64,000 bases of DNA, taken from assembly GCA_043228905.1 (NCBI GenBank), contig JBHGNT010000001.1, positions 16,368,001-16,432,000 on the forward strand, in the 5' to 3' direction. The DNA is from Azolla caroliniana. Lineage: Eukaryota; Plantae; Polypodiophyta. Position numbers and translations under genes: made by a program. Below are positions 24,530 through 35,900 of this stretch, one piece after another. Position 1 is the first letter of the stretch; the number at the start of each line of letters is the position of its first letter. The notes under the pieces are model-generated. The model saw only the letters and a list, made by a program, of their open reading frames with translations, did not search any database and was not told the origin of the DNA.

Positions 24530-25251
24530 TGTCGTAGTGTATTTCGTACACTACGTGAAAAAGTAAAAATAATATAACCGATTTAATTACATATAAATAA
24601 ATAAAATAAGAATATCAAAATATTTATCACGTGCATAAGGCAAGATTTGAACCCTATACCTCCACATAGCCAAACCTCAACTTTACCATTACGCTACCTT
24701 ATCTTTAGAGTTCTACAAATAGATTTAATAACTATAACTCCTTTATTTGCGCCTACCTTTATTAAAAGGTAAATCATGCATTTTTAGAGTGCGTGAATAT
24801 TTTATAGAAAAACGCAAGCAACTAAAAAGTGACTCATGCACATCTAGCGTGCATGAGCACTATATTTAGCAAATAAAAGCAAGGATTAGAAAAGCATCAC
24901 ATGCACATTTAGTGTGCATGAACATATTAGAAAAAAGCATGTAGCTATGCTTAGTCTCTCCCATCACTATATAAGGATGGGGAGCACATTGTAGTTTTTG
25001 TTGATTATTTTTCTATAATGATCAATCAATCTAAAATATTCGTGGGATTCACGAATTTGCTAAAATAATTCTCTCTTACTACCTAAATATTGACTCAATA
25101 TACTAAACTCATGGGATTCACAAGATTCTTATCTTATAACTCTTTATACCTATTCTTTACTAACCTTATTTGTATTTTTCTTTCTCCTAGTCCAAAACCT
25201 CAGTGGTTCCCACCCGACTCACGCAATGATCCGAAGCCGAAAGGCACGACA
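24530..25251 (+). mobile_element. Solo LTR of the TGTCG/CGACA group
   Basis: TGTCGT...ACGACA; TSD ACGT (24526-24529, 25252-25255); U5 motif at 25189. Confidence 0.88.
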
Positions 25252-25255
25252 ACGT

Positions 25256-25910
25256 TGTCGCGGTAATCCGCGGCTTGCGGGTTGGCTCGGGTGGGACCAC
25301 CGGGGTCTTGGACCAAGGAGCCTAAGGACGAGCGGCTACTAAGCTTGTAGTGGCCTATCCGGCCTGGTTATCGGGATCTGTTTAGTCAGCACACAGGCTC
25401 ATAGAACCGTATCTTATCCAACCTTGTCCTCGGATTCCGGCATAGGAGCACACGGGCTCTTGGGCACGAATGGGTAAGCGCAGAACAAAGGAGGGAAAGA
25501 CGACAACTTTCCAGTTACAAAGATAAGGAGTTGATTATTAACACAAAGGGCAGAACAAAAGACATCAATTAAAGACAGAGAAAGAATACAGAGAGATGGC
25601 CTCGGGCGAGTTAGCAAAGCTTCGAGCTCTAAATACACACACAGACTAGTGAGCCTCTGGTCGGGAGCACACGGGTTTCCTACGCGACTAGAGGCCTCAC
25701 CCTACTTAGTTAAATGCACAGAGCAGAAAACCTACAACACTTCACTGCCCAATCCGGCAGCACCTTCCCCTCCAAATCGAGTGATCCCCAAAACAATTTC
25801 CCTCCCCTCCTTTTATAGCTCCAGGAGGGTACATCAATAGTTAAGACAATCATTTCTGTCAAAGATTTTCCCACGATTTTCTGCCATCAATTCCTATCAT
25901 TCCCTTCTAC
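25256..25910 (-). mobile_element. 3' LTR plus PPT of another element of the same group, opposite orientation
   Basis: LTR about 25256-25899 ending CGACA on -; U5 motif at 25290-25314; AGAAGGGAA purine tract on - at 25900-25908. Confidence 0.7.
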
Positions 25911-28900
25911 TTAGTCGGTCACCTCTGCATTTTTCCATGCATAACCGGAGATTGTCGAGATGTTCTCCTTTCTTGCTATACACCGCAAAGTCATCTAAGA
26001 ACACATGCATAAACGTTGGGATAAACTCCCTGAAAATGTGCATGATGATTCGTTGGAATGTTGTCGGTGCCGTCTTTAGCCCAAACATCATCACGACCGC
26101 TACAAAGACTCCCCATTTAGTTATGAACGTTGTTTTCTCCTGGTCGTCCGGGTGCATCCTAATTTGGTTATACCCGTTGAATCCATCGAGGAAACTATAC
26201 ATCTTGTGACCCGCCACCGCATCCAAGACTCCATCCGTGAATGGAAGCGGAAATCCATCGGTGACAGTGGCCGCGTTTAATTTCCGGTAATCTACACAGA
26301 CCCGGATTTTTCTGTTTTTCTTGGGTACAACCACAATCGAGCTTAACCAGGTAGCCTTCTTTACCGGCCAGATGAAACCGATCTCCTCCTTTACTTTAGC
26401 CGCATAATTCGGATTCATCCGGTAATGTCTCTGTGCTACCGGTTTCGCATCCTTGCTCAAATGGATTTGGTGCTGATATAATTGCGGGTCCAATCCCCGC
26501 ATGTCCTCATATGACCACACAAATACATCCTAGAATTCTTTCAATAATGTTACCATTGCTGATTTCTCCTCTGGTAGCATTTCTTTGGCCACATGTACCG
26601 GTCTTGTTTCTTCCCTAGTTCCTAAATTCACTTCTTCCAACTGTGATGCTTTCACGTGTTGTGATACCGCCATCTCTCGCTCTAGGGCTTCTTGTGCTTG
26701 ACGCAGTTCCCGAATTGAGTCCTGATCCGGCTTCTCACTAGCATCATCTGGGTGAACGATATATGGGGAGACCACTTCGGCAACGTCTACTTCAAACACC
26801 GGAACTATCTTAGGGTTCTCCTCAAGGTATTGATCTACTTCTTCATCTTCAAGCCCTTCCAGCATGTTCATGCTTTCGGCATACAACGGTGTTACTTCCC
26901 TGCTTGGGCTTGCTTAGGGTTTTGTTGGTACTCTCACCTTAGTTTTCCCTCTTTGAAGCGTAATATTGTTCTTCTGCCAGTTTTGTTTAATATGAGTAGT
27001 TCGTAACCATGGTCGTCCTAGCAACAACAGATATGCTCTTTGCGCGTTCAACTGGAGGACCACCGCGGAAATCCAGAATGCATGGCCTCTGATTGTCACT
27101 TCCAAGTGTCCGCCATCTGGAGCCAGAACTAGCATGGTTCCCATTCCTGGATTCCTAGAGTGTCGCATATTCGTAGGCTTATTACATTTACTCCCGATCC
27201 ACCATCGACAATTGTCCCCGGTACTTCTCGTTCTTTGATGATGGCGGTGATTGATGGACTGCTCGTGTCGACCACTGCCGGTCCCTCTTCTAGATTTGAG
27301 AAGAACGTCAGAGCCGGTGCGGAGCTTGGTGGGGTCAATGCTGATTTTAACCCTCGGTGAATCAAGGCACTAATTGCAGCAACCGACCTAGTGGTAGCAT
27401 GATCTAGCATTCCCGTAGTGCCTGCCATGTGGGGTTCTCCTACTGCATCATCTCTATAGGTTCCTCCGATGTTTTCCTTTGCTCTTGTAGTTCGGTGACA
27501 TTCCGTTCATTCACTTTTTCAATCCATTATGTGGCTTGTTTTCGGATCGTTTCTTGAGCCTCCCATTTGGCCATCTTTCCCTTCGACCGGGTAGTGACTT
27601 GCTAGATGTCAGCCAGCTCTGCGACCACCATGGTGACTGCCCGTCGTTTTTCGTTAGTCTTCACTGGAAATTGATTGTTGTAGTGCCCATCCTGCCGGCA
27701 ATAGTAGCAATACACTTTCCGTGTATTGTTAGACTCTGCTTTTGGCGCGTTACCCGGCTGAAAACCAAATACTGCCCGATTGGGCTTCTCTATCCTTCAT
27801 TGTTCCGATTGAGCGCTAGTTAGGCTTCTATCCGGCTCCCATTGGTAATCCTTCACCAGATCTTGACGCTCCTCTTTTCGAACGTTCCGTTTTTTATTAT
27901 AGCGTTGGGTGTTCCGATATCCTTGTCAGCGCCGATCATCATAATCTCCCCGTTGATCCTCTCTTCTCCTATTGTAGCCGGGGGAGTAATCTCGATCATA
28001 ACGATCATCGTTATAGTCCCGACTTCGATCATTCCGGTGCCGGTCATAAGCGTCCTGTTTATTGTTGTATCGAACATCTTGTATCGGTCTGTAGCGATCG
28101 TCTCGCTGAAATCGTTCTTCTTCATCCTCTCGGTCATTCTAGGTTTCGATGTGTTGGACTAGTGCAGCTTGCCGATTTAGCAGGTTGTATTCACAACGGT
28201 CCATTCTATGTGACCGGGAATGCCATAGCATGCACTACGATCTCATCGTGCACTCTATTGTTGAGTGCACAGGATTAAGGAAAGTCGTGCATTGGACTAC
28301 CTGGCCAAAGTGTAGGTCCTCTTCGGTAGGGAGTGTTCTTTGGAGTGCTCCCATCGTCAACCATGAACTATTTTTGTCCATCTCCATGACCCGGTCAATG
28401 ACCTGGTCTATTGTGCTGGTCCGAAAATCTATGACCGCACACACGGTTCGGAGGGGTTCCCGGAGCGCTGCCAAAAATACCGATTTTGCTTCTTCTTCTG
28501 GCGATGCTCTGGTAAGTTGGCTATGTAGGGTGACCTTCCGGAACACTTCACCAAAGGGTGGTATGGTAAGGAATGGAAAGACCGTAACACAAAACCGTCC
28601 CTCTCCGATTGTTATCTGGATCGATTAGTTACACGTGTAGAATAAACATCATTAAGCACAGAACGGAAATAATAGGATAGACACGATATGAAAATAACAA
28701 CACTTCTCTATTAATTATTCATTCCTAATTACGTCATATCCGGATCCTTTTATAGGTATCCGGTTGTGTTACAAACCGATGCCAACCGGCAATTGGCTAC
28801 GAACCGGTTCGGATCCGGATCAGCATACCGATTCCGGGTCTGTCCGTTTGATCTTATAATTATAATAATTAATTCTTATTACAACTCCCTTTATTCGAAA

Positions 28901-29102
28901 AATGGCTCCCCTTTCATACTTTAGCCTTGTGTTACAAACCGGTGCCAACCGGCAACCGGCTACGAACCGGTCCAGATTCGGATCGGCATACCAATTCCGG
29001 GTTCGTCCGTTCGATCTTATAATTATAATAATTAATTCTTATTACAACTCCCTTTATCCCAAAACCGGCTCCCCTTTCATACTTTAGCCTAACCGGCCAA
29101 CA
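25911..29102 (-). mobile_element. Element D: multiply deleted relative of C (partial 5' LTR, gag, PR, part of RT)
   Basis: LTR about 28530-29102 (TGTTGG on -) with CACTTCACCAAAGGGTG; peptides close to C (TVCAVIDFRTSTIDQVIDRV, IVDGGSGVNVI, FLDDF); inserted in the 3' LTR of E. Confidence 0.85.
28764..29090. repeat. 163-bp tandem duplication inside the D LTR
   Basis: TTGTGTTACAAACC...CATACTTTAGCC repeated at 28764 and 28927. Confidence 0.9.
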
Positions 29103-29752
29103 AGCGGAATCGCTGGGGTCCTAGACTGGAAGGATTCGAAGTTTGCACTAGCTTTAGCGAGAAAGGATTTAAGATAGATTGAGAGAGATTGATATGGAGA
29201 GAGAGAGAGAGAGATTGAGATTAAACCCTTGACTTTAGATTTGAGAGATAAGATACATCACCATTAGGATAACTTATTATTATTATTATTAATTTCTTCC
29301 CCAATTTCTTCATTAGTTGTTAACTCTTCGGGCCGGACAATGGCCTAACACAGGGTGTCTAAGTGAGACACTTCACCAAAGGGTGTTACGGCAACCGGAT
29401 TAGACTTCAACGCTTAATCCGACTTAGTTAAGTTACTTATTAGGATCGTCTTTCATAACACGCGTAAGATATAACAATTAAGACAGAACGGCAATTAACA
29501 CAGAGAGATAACAACGCTTAAGCTTTCATTAATTAACCGCTAACTATTACATTGTATCCGGCCTTTAAATAGGTTTCCGATCTGTATTACAAAACGGTGC
29601 CATCCACACCTGTTCGGGATCGGTCCGGATCCGGAACGGCATACCGATTCCGGTCCGTCCGTCCACACTCATAACTTAATTACAACCACATTCCTACTAC
29701 TTAATTAGCTCTCTGTTTCCCACTCTGGACTCCTTTGCCGGCCGGTAACACA

Positions 29753-29769
29753 TGGCATGCCCGTGGGAC
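29753..29769 (-). promoter_or_regulatory. tRNA-3'-end-like sequence at the PPT position of element C
   Basis: On -: GTCCCACGGGCATGCCA, then TG, then the LTR TG; on + it reads as a PBS, TGGCATGCCCGTGGGAC. Confidence 0.78.
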
Positions 29770-29804
29770 AGTACCTTGTACGTCGAATCCACAACCGACC
29801 CTTG

Positions 29805-32579
29805 CTATTCTTCGTCCAAAATGTCCAGAATGCTTTGTTTGAGAGGCTCCAATGGTTCATCTGGAAGTTGTTGTTGTTGTTGTTGCTGTTGCTGCTCTGT
29901 TGATGTCTGCTGCGATGGGTCCGTTGGTGGTTGCTGCGGCTGCTCCTCCGTTTATGGCTCTAACCCCGGCGTCTCCGTCGTTGCTCCCTGCGTCGTAGTG
30001 CTCTCTGGTTGACTGGTTCCCGGCTAGCCCTCAGCCGGCGACGGTTCCTCATCACTAAGGTTAACCGTTGTCGCTTCCCGTGCTTTTTCTTCCCGTACCC
30101 GAGACCGCTCGTAGCTTTCAAACTGGATTTGAGCGTCCAGCCTATCATCGTTCAGCTGAGCTACGAGCTGCCTGACCTGCGCCAGCTGTTCATCTACCAG
30201 GACTTGGAAGTCGTCGGCCAGCTCGTCCCGTATGGCGGTGAAGTCCTCGGAAGTCAATGTATAACAGTCATCTCCTTCCTTCCTCCGGTTTGCTACATCC
30301 GCCCGTAGCAACTAGAGTTCCGCCGCGTTTTGTGCCCACTTTGTCCACCATTTTACGGAGCTTTCATCAATCAAGTGTTTCGTCTGATTCAGCCATGCCC
30401 GGAGGATGGACTGAATCCGGCTCGTTCCCAATTGCGATTTGGTTTCCGCCGCTTGCCGTTCCTCCTTCAGTTGTTTGATGATTTTGACGTTGTCCTCCGC
30501 CTGCGCCTTGTAATGCGTCAATTGCCTTTGATATGTACTTTGTAATTTCTGCAATACTGTTGACGCTCTCTCTTTGTCTTCCTGCTGTTGCCTCTGGAGC
30601 TCCATCCGGACCTTCTCCGCCTCTTCCAAGCGTCTTGTATTTTCCGCCCGTTCGTCGGCGATCGCCGTCGCGGCCCGATCAACTGCCTGTTGAAGCTCGG
30701 CCATCCGTTCTTTATGCTCCGTTTCCAGCCGTTTGTAGTCCCGGTGCAGGTGCTCAAAATCATCCGCCTATTGCTTAAGCCGTGCGTTGATCTGACGACG
30801 GGCCTAGTCCTCGCGGTCCTTCTGCTGGCGGAGCTCTTCCTTTAGCCGTTCAATCTCTGTTTCCGCCGTTTTCCGCAGCTTGTCCTTTTCCTGCAGCACT
30901 TTGTCTTTCTCCTCCTTTAGCCGGTCGTACGCTTGATGGCCTTTCCGGAGGCTCTCCTCTGCCCGGCGGAGGTTCTCAACAGTCTTCTTTAATTCGGCTT
31001 TGGCCGCCGTCTTCAATTCTCGTTCACGGCTCCTTAGCGCTTCTTGTGCGGCAAGTTCCTCTCTCAATTCCGCAAGCTCCCGAGCTTGCGCCGCATCTCT
31101 CGCCAGAACGGTTTCCGTTGTCGGGATCTTATTGCTATGTACAGGTCGTTCCGTTTCTTTATTCTGTACACTTACCGGAGTCACCGGTGATTGGATCCGT
31201 ATTTTGGCCATCTCTGTCGTGACCTGATCCAAAACTTTTTCAAGGCACCGGATTCTGGACGGGGCCGTCTCTAGTTGTTCGGTTGTGACGAGCAACCGTT
31301 CGCTTTACGGTCTTTCTTCCGCCTCTATATACCCCACTGCTCCGGCTATCTGTTTGCCTATCCACCGGAGCCACAGGCTACCGATGCCTTGTTGTGCTTG
31401 CACGGAGGTTTGATAGATGGGCTCACTTGTAGAGGGGTGGTCCCGCCTGGTTGCGCCGAGTTGCAGTTCCTTTTCTGCCCGTGGACCATCCTGCTGTCCT
31501 GGTTCCCCTTGCGCTTCTTCTTGGCTGACCGAGGGAGGCTGTAGTGACCTTTCCGGCTCTAGCGGGATGGGACTTGCCGGTGTTGCTGGTGGTGCCGAGG
31601 CTTCTGTTTTTGGTGCCATCTGCACCGGTTCCGGTTCCTTCCTTGGCGTGGGAGTCTCAGTCTGGGGAGCCAGTGTTCCCTCCGTCTGAGGGTCCGAACA
31701 TTTCCCGGCTGTCTCAACGGTCCTTGCCGACGACCGTCGCTGGAGGTGATCCGTAGGCTCCTCCTCTATTTCCTCCTCCAGAGCTCCGGCATTGAGTTTT
31801 GCCGCCAAGGGGTCCACTTCTCGATTCACTGGTTGGCAGAGTGTGACCTTTACGGGCCGTGCCGGTGGTTCCTCCTGCGCCTCCGTTGGGCGCTTCCGGC
31901 TTCCGCTTCCTGTTGCCGCCTGTTCTGCATCCACTGCCTTTCCCTTACTGGCCTTAGAGGCCAACAACTGTTGCCGTTTGGAAGCCGTCCTTGGTGTGCC
32001 GTCCGGCACTCTTCCTCGCTTCTTGGGCTGGACGGTCTGAACGGGTGGCACCAGCAAGGTGAGCCACTGCGTTACGGCGTGCCATATCCTTCGTTCGTCT
32101 CGGCCTTCTTTGCCGTCTTTGCCTCTGACGATCTCGATCGCCGCACACAACCCGTCTGCAATCAATACCGGCCAATCCACCTTGATCCCTTCATAGGTGG
32201 CAATGATCATCCCTGCCCGGTTCTGCGGCATGACAGGGGGTCTAGGGTATACGTGGCCGTATTCATGGAGCACACGAGCAATTTTGCGGAACAGCATATC
32301 TCCGCCGCCCTGTGTCCGGTAGCCCTTGCTGGCTAGAGAGTACCCACCAAAATACCTGATTAGTTGCTTTGGGGTTGGATTGTCGATCGTGAGTATGCCT
32401 CCCTCCGGAAGGCCTGTTAACGCTTGAATCGCCTCTGCCGTTATGACCTCTGTATCGATTTCCTTGATCACTTTGTCGGCTTCTTTGTGTGGCGGTACTT
32501 CCATCATCATCAAGAAGCCCTCGGGCCCGTGTTGCTTCAGCCATGTCTTGGCGGCTTCCGACAGCGTTTGCGGGTCCAT
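29805..32579 (-). pseudogene. Element C extra ORF, about 924 codons in a single frame with premature stops
   Basis: Track ORFs ending at 31305, 30804, 30312 and 30024 and the terminal SILDILDEE* all share one frame; MDPQTLSEAAKTWL start, long coiled coil, poly-Q tail. Confidence 0.82.
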
Positions 32580-32951
32580 CTCTGTGTCGGGGTCGGATTG
32601 CGGTGACGAGGATGGATGGTGATGAGAGCGGGGTTGAGAAAGAGAAAGTTCAGAAGGCGGGGGTTCTCTGTGCGCAAGTTCTCGTCTGATGATCTTGCAG
32701 CGTTTCAGTGCTTCTGTGCTCTTGGGTTCGCGAAAGTAGAGGGTCTCTACGCGCAATAGTTTTTTTCTGTGCATTCTTGCGCCTTTTTCGAGTTTGTGCA
32801 TGTCGCGTACTTAAAATAGCATTATGTCCTGTGGTGGCGCCTTAAATGCCCACTACGTACCTTTTCGCTCCACGCTCTTTCATCCATTCATTCCTCGCTT
32901 TTGCATGACCTTTTTTTTTTTTTTTCAGTTATTATTATTATTAGTGTGACG

Positions 32952-35900
32952 TCACATGTCCGTTGGTACTCCCGGACCCTTACCGGCCTCATTCTCTCCG
33001 GTTCCCGGCTTGCCGTCTCTGCCGTCTTGGTGGTTGTCGTCGGTCCTTTGCTCAAACGGGTTCTTAGGCATCGGTCCTCTATATGCCTTTAACCGGAATC
33101 CGTTGACCCATTTGCCCAGCACTTCGCCGGCAAGTGTCCCCAACTGGTAGGACCCATTATACTCCCGTGTTAGCCAATATGGTCCGGTCCATCTAAACCT
33201 TAGTTTACCCGGCATCTTGCCCATCCGGGTTTGGAATACTAACACTGGTTTGCCGATTGCGAACATTTTTTCGTTACCTTTCCTGTGCCGGTTGACGAAT
33301 GCTTTCCGTCGTCGTTGCTCCAATTCTAAATGTAGGATGCTGGCCAACCGTTGTTCCTCCAGCTCACATAGCGTTGTCAACCTTATTGTCTCCGACTCCT
33401 TCTCGTTCAGCCGTTCTCGTAGCTGGATCCATAAGCTAGGTATTTGAAATTCTACCGGCATGACCGCCTCGAGTTCGAACGCCAACCGGAACGGTGTTGT
33501 TCGGATGCTTGTTTTGTATGCCGTCCAGTATGCCCAAAGCGCGCTATGTAGCTTTGTGTCTCAATCCGTCCGGTTCTCGTTGACGATCTTCCGAAGGATG
33601 TTCTGGAGCGTCTTGTTTGTTGATTCCGCTAATCCGTTTGCCTGTGGATAGTAAGGTGTGCTTCGTTTGTGGACCACGGCATAGAAGGTCGTTAGGCTTT
33701 CCACTACTTGTCCGAGAAAGTGCCCCCCTTGGTCACTTATCAATTCAATGGGGCATCCGTAACGGCACCAGATGTACTCATATAGAAACTTTGCCGTTGA
33801 CGCAATGGTGTTATCCCGTAAAGCTTTGGCCTCCACCCATTTCATGCAGTAATCCATAGCAACGATAACGTACCGATTACCCGTTCTCATTGTCGGTGGC
33901 TTGAACGGTCCTACAAAGTCCAACCCCCACTTTTGGAATGGCTCGAGTGGTAGTACCGGTTGGTGTGGCATACGAGCCTACTCCGTTGGCTGGCCCATTT
34001 TTTGGCATAGGTCACATTCTTTTGCGTACCGTACCGCATCTCTTAATGTCGTTGGCCACCATAGGCCACTTTGCCATATTTTTCTGGCTGTCGTATCTCC
34101 GGCATAGTGACCTCCGGCAACTCCGTAGTGGGCTTCCCTCAGTATCAGTTCCTTTTCATCGCTGCGTACCGCCCGTCTCCATATGCCGTCAGCGCCCTTG
34201 TGGTACAATGTATCTTGCAGTAAGTAGAAATGTCGGCTTTGTACCGCCAGGCGTTTCCGTTCGTCCCGGTTCAGCTCTTCCGGAGGCAGTCCTGTGCTCA
34301 GAAACTGGTGCATATTTGTGAGCCACTTGTCTTCCTGGGCCACTGTCTCATCTGTTGCCGTCTCCGTAGTGACTCGAAACAGCTCCACATCCGGAAACTC
34401 ATCCGGTACTCCGTCACCCGTCTCTCCGGACTCCAATCGGCTTAAGTAATCCGCTACGGCATGCTGTATACCGGGTCGGTGGAATATTTCAAACTCGAAC
34501 TCCTGTAACAATAAGGTCCACCGGGCCAATTTGCCGGTGAGTGACGCCTTGGACACCAGGTAAAGGAGTGCCGAATGATCTACATGGAAGGAAAACTTCC
34601 TTCCCAATAAATAGTGCCAAAACTTTGTCACACTGTAGATCATTCCTAGAGCTTCCCATTCCGTAGTAGAGTAGTTCCGTTCTGCTTGGGATAGCTTCCG
34701 GCTGGCATAGTACACTGGCCGGTACCACTTTGGTTCCGTAAGCTGCATCAGTACGCTTCCGATTGCGATGTCGGAGGCGTCCACGAACACGTGAAATTCC
34801 TTACTCCAATCTGGAGGTTGTACTACCGGTGCCTGCGACAATAGTACCTTGAGGGCCTTATACGCCCTATCCTTAGTATCGGTCCACTGGAATGGTGTCC
34901 GATGTACGGCGGCATGCAACGATGTAGCCAGGTCGGCCAAGTATCGGAGCATCCGGCTGTGCCACCGGATCTGGCCTAAGAACCGGCTTAATGCCTTTGC
35001 CGTTGTCGGCGCCAGTGCTTCTAATATGGCTTTCACTTTGTCCGGGTCGACTGCAATACCTTCCTGGCTCACGATATGTCCTAATAAAGTTCCACTGGAC
35101 ACGCCAAATACACACTTTGCCGGATTCAAGCTTAGCCGATACGCTCTACACTTTTCTAGACAAAGACGGAGGTGCTGAAAATGGTCCTCCTCCCGGCTAT
35201 AGACGATGAAATCGTCAAGGAAAACCTGCATAAAAGCCGGTATATATTCACCAAAGATTTCCATGATGATTCGTTGAAACATTGCCGGTGCCGTTTTGAG
35301 TCCGAACATCATTACCACGGCCACAAACACCCCCCATTCGGTGACGAATGCCGTTTTCTCTTGGTCGTCGGGGTGCATCCGGATCTGATTATACCTGCTG
35401 AATCCGTCTAGGAAGCTATAGACCTCATGGCCGGCGACGGCATCCAAGACTCCATCTGTGAACGGAAGTGGAAACGCATCCGTTACCGTAGCCGCATTGA
35501 GTTTCCGGTAGTCCACGCAAACTCAGATTTTTCCGTTCTTCTTCGGTACGACTACGATCGGGCTCAGCCATGTCGCTTTCTTTACCGGACGGATAAAGCC
35601 AACTCTTAACAGTTTGTCGATTTCTTCCTTGACCTTGGCAGCATAATTGGGATTCATCCGGTACCGTCTTTGTGCCACTGGTTTTGCGTCCTTGCTCAAG
35701 TGCACTTGATGCTGGTATAACTGAGGGTCGAGTCCTCGCATGTCTTCGTATGACCAGGCGAATACGTCGCGAAATTCCGTGAGAAGTGTTATCATCGCCG
35801 TTTTGTCTCCGGACTTCATCTCCTTGGCGATGTGCACCGGTTTTGCTTCGTCCGTGGTGCCTAAATTCACCTCTTCCAGTTGCGATGCTTTTACGCGCTG

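Noticed and set aside
29751-29770. Reading element C as plus-oriented because a PBS follows its left LTR
   Set aside because: All genes and the LTR TATA (CCTATTTAAAGG) are on -, a PBS-like site exists at the other LTR, and B has the same arrangement.
29752-30012. Cys-rich small ORF on +
   Set aside because: Antisense reading of the poly-Gln tail of the C extra ORF.
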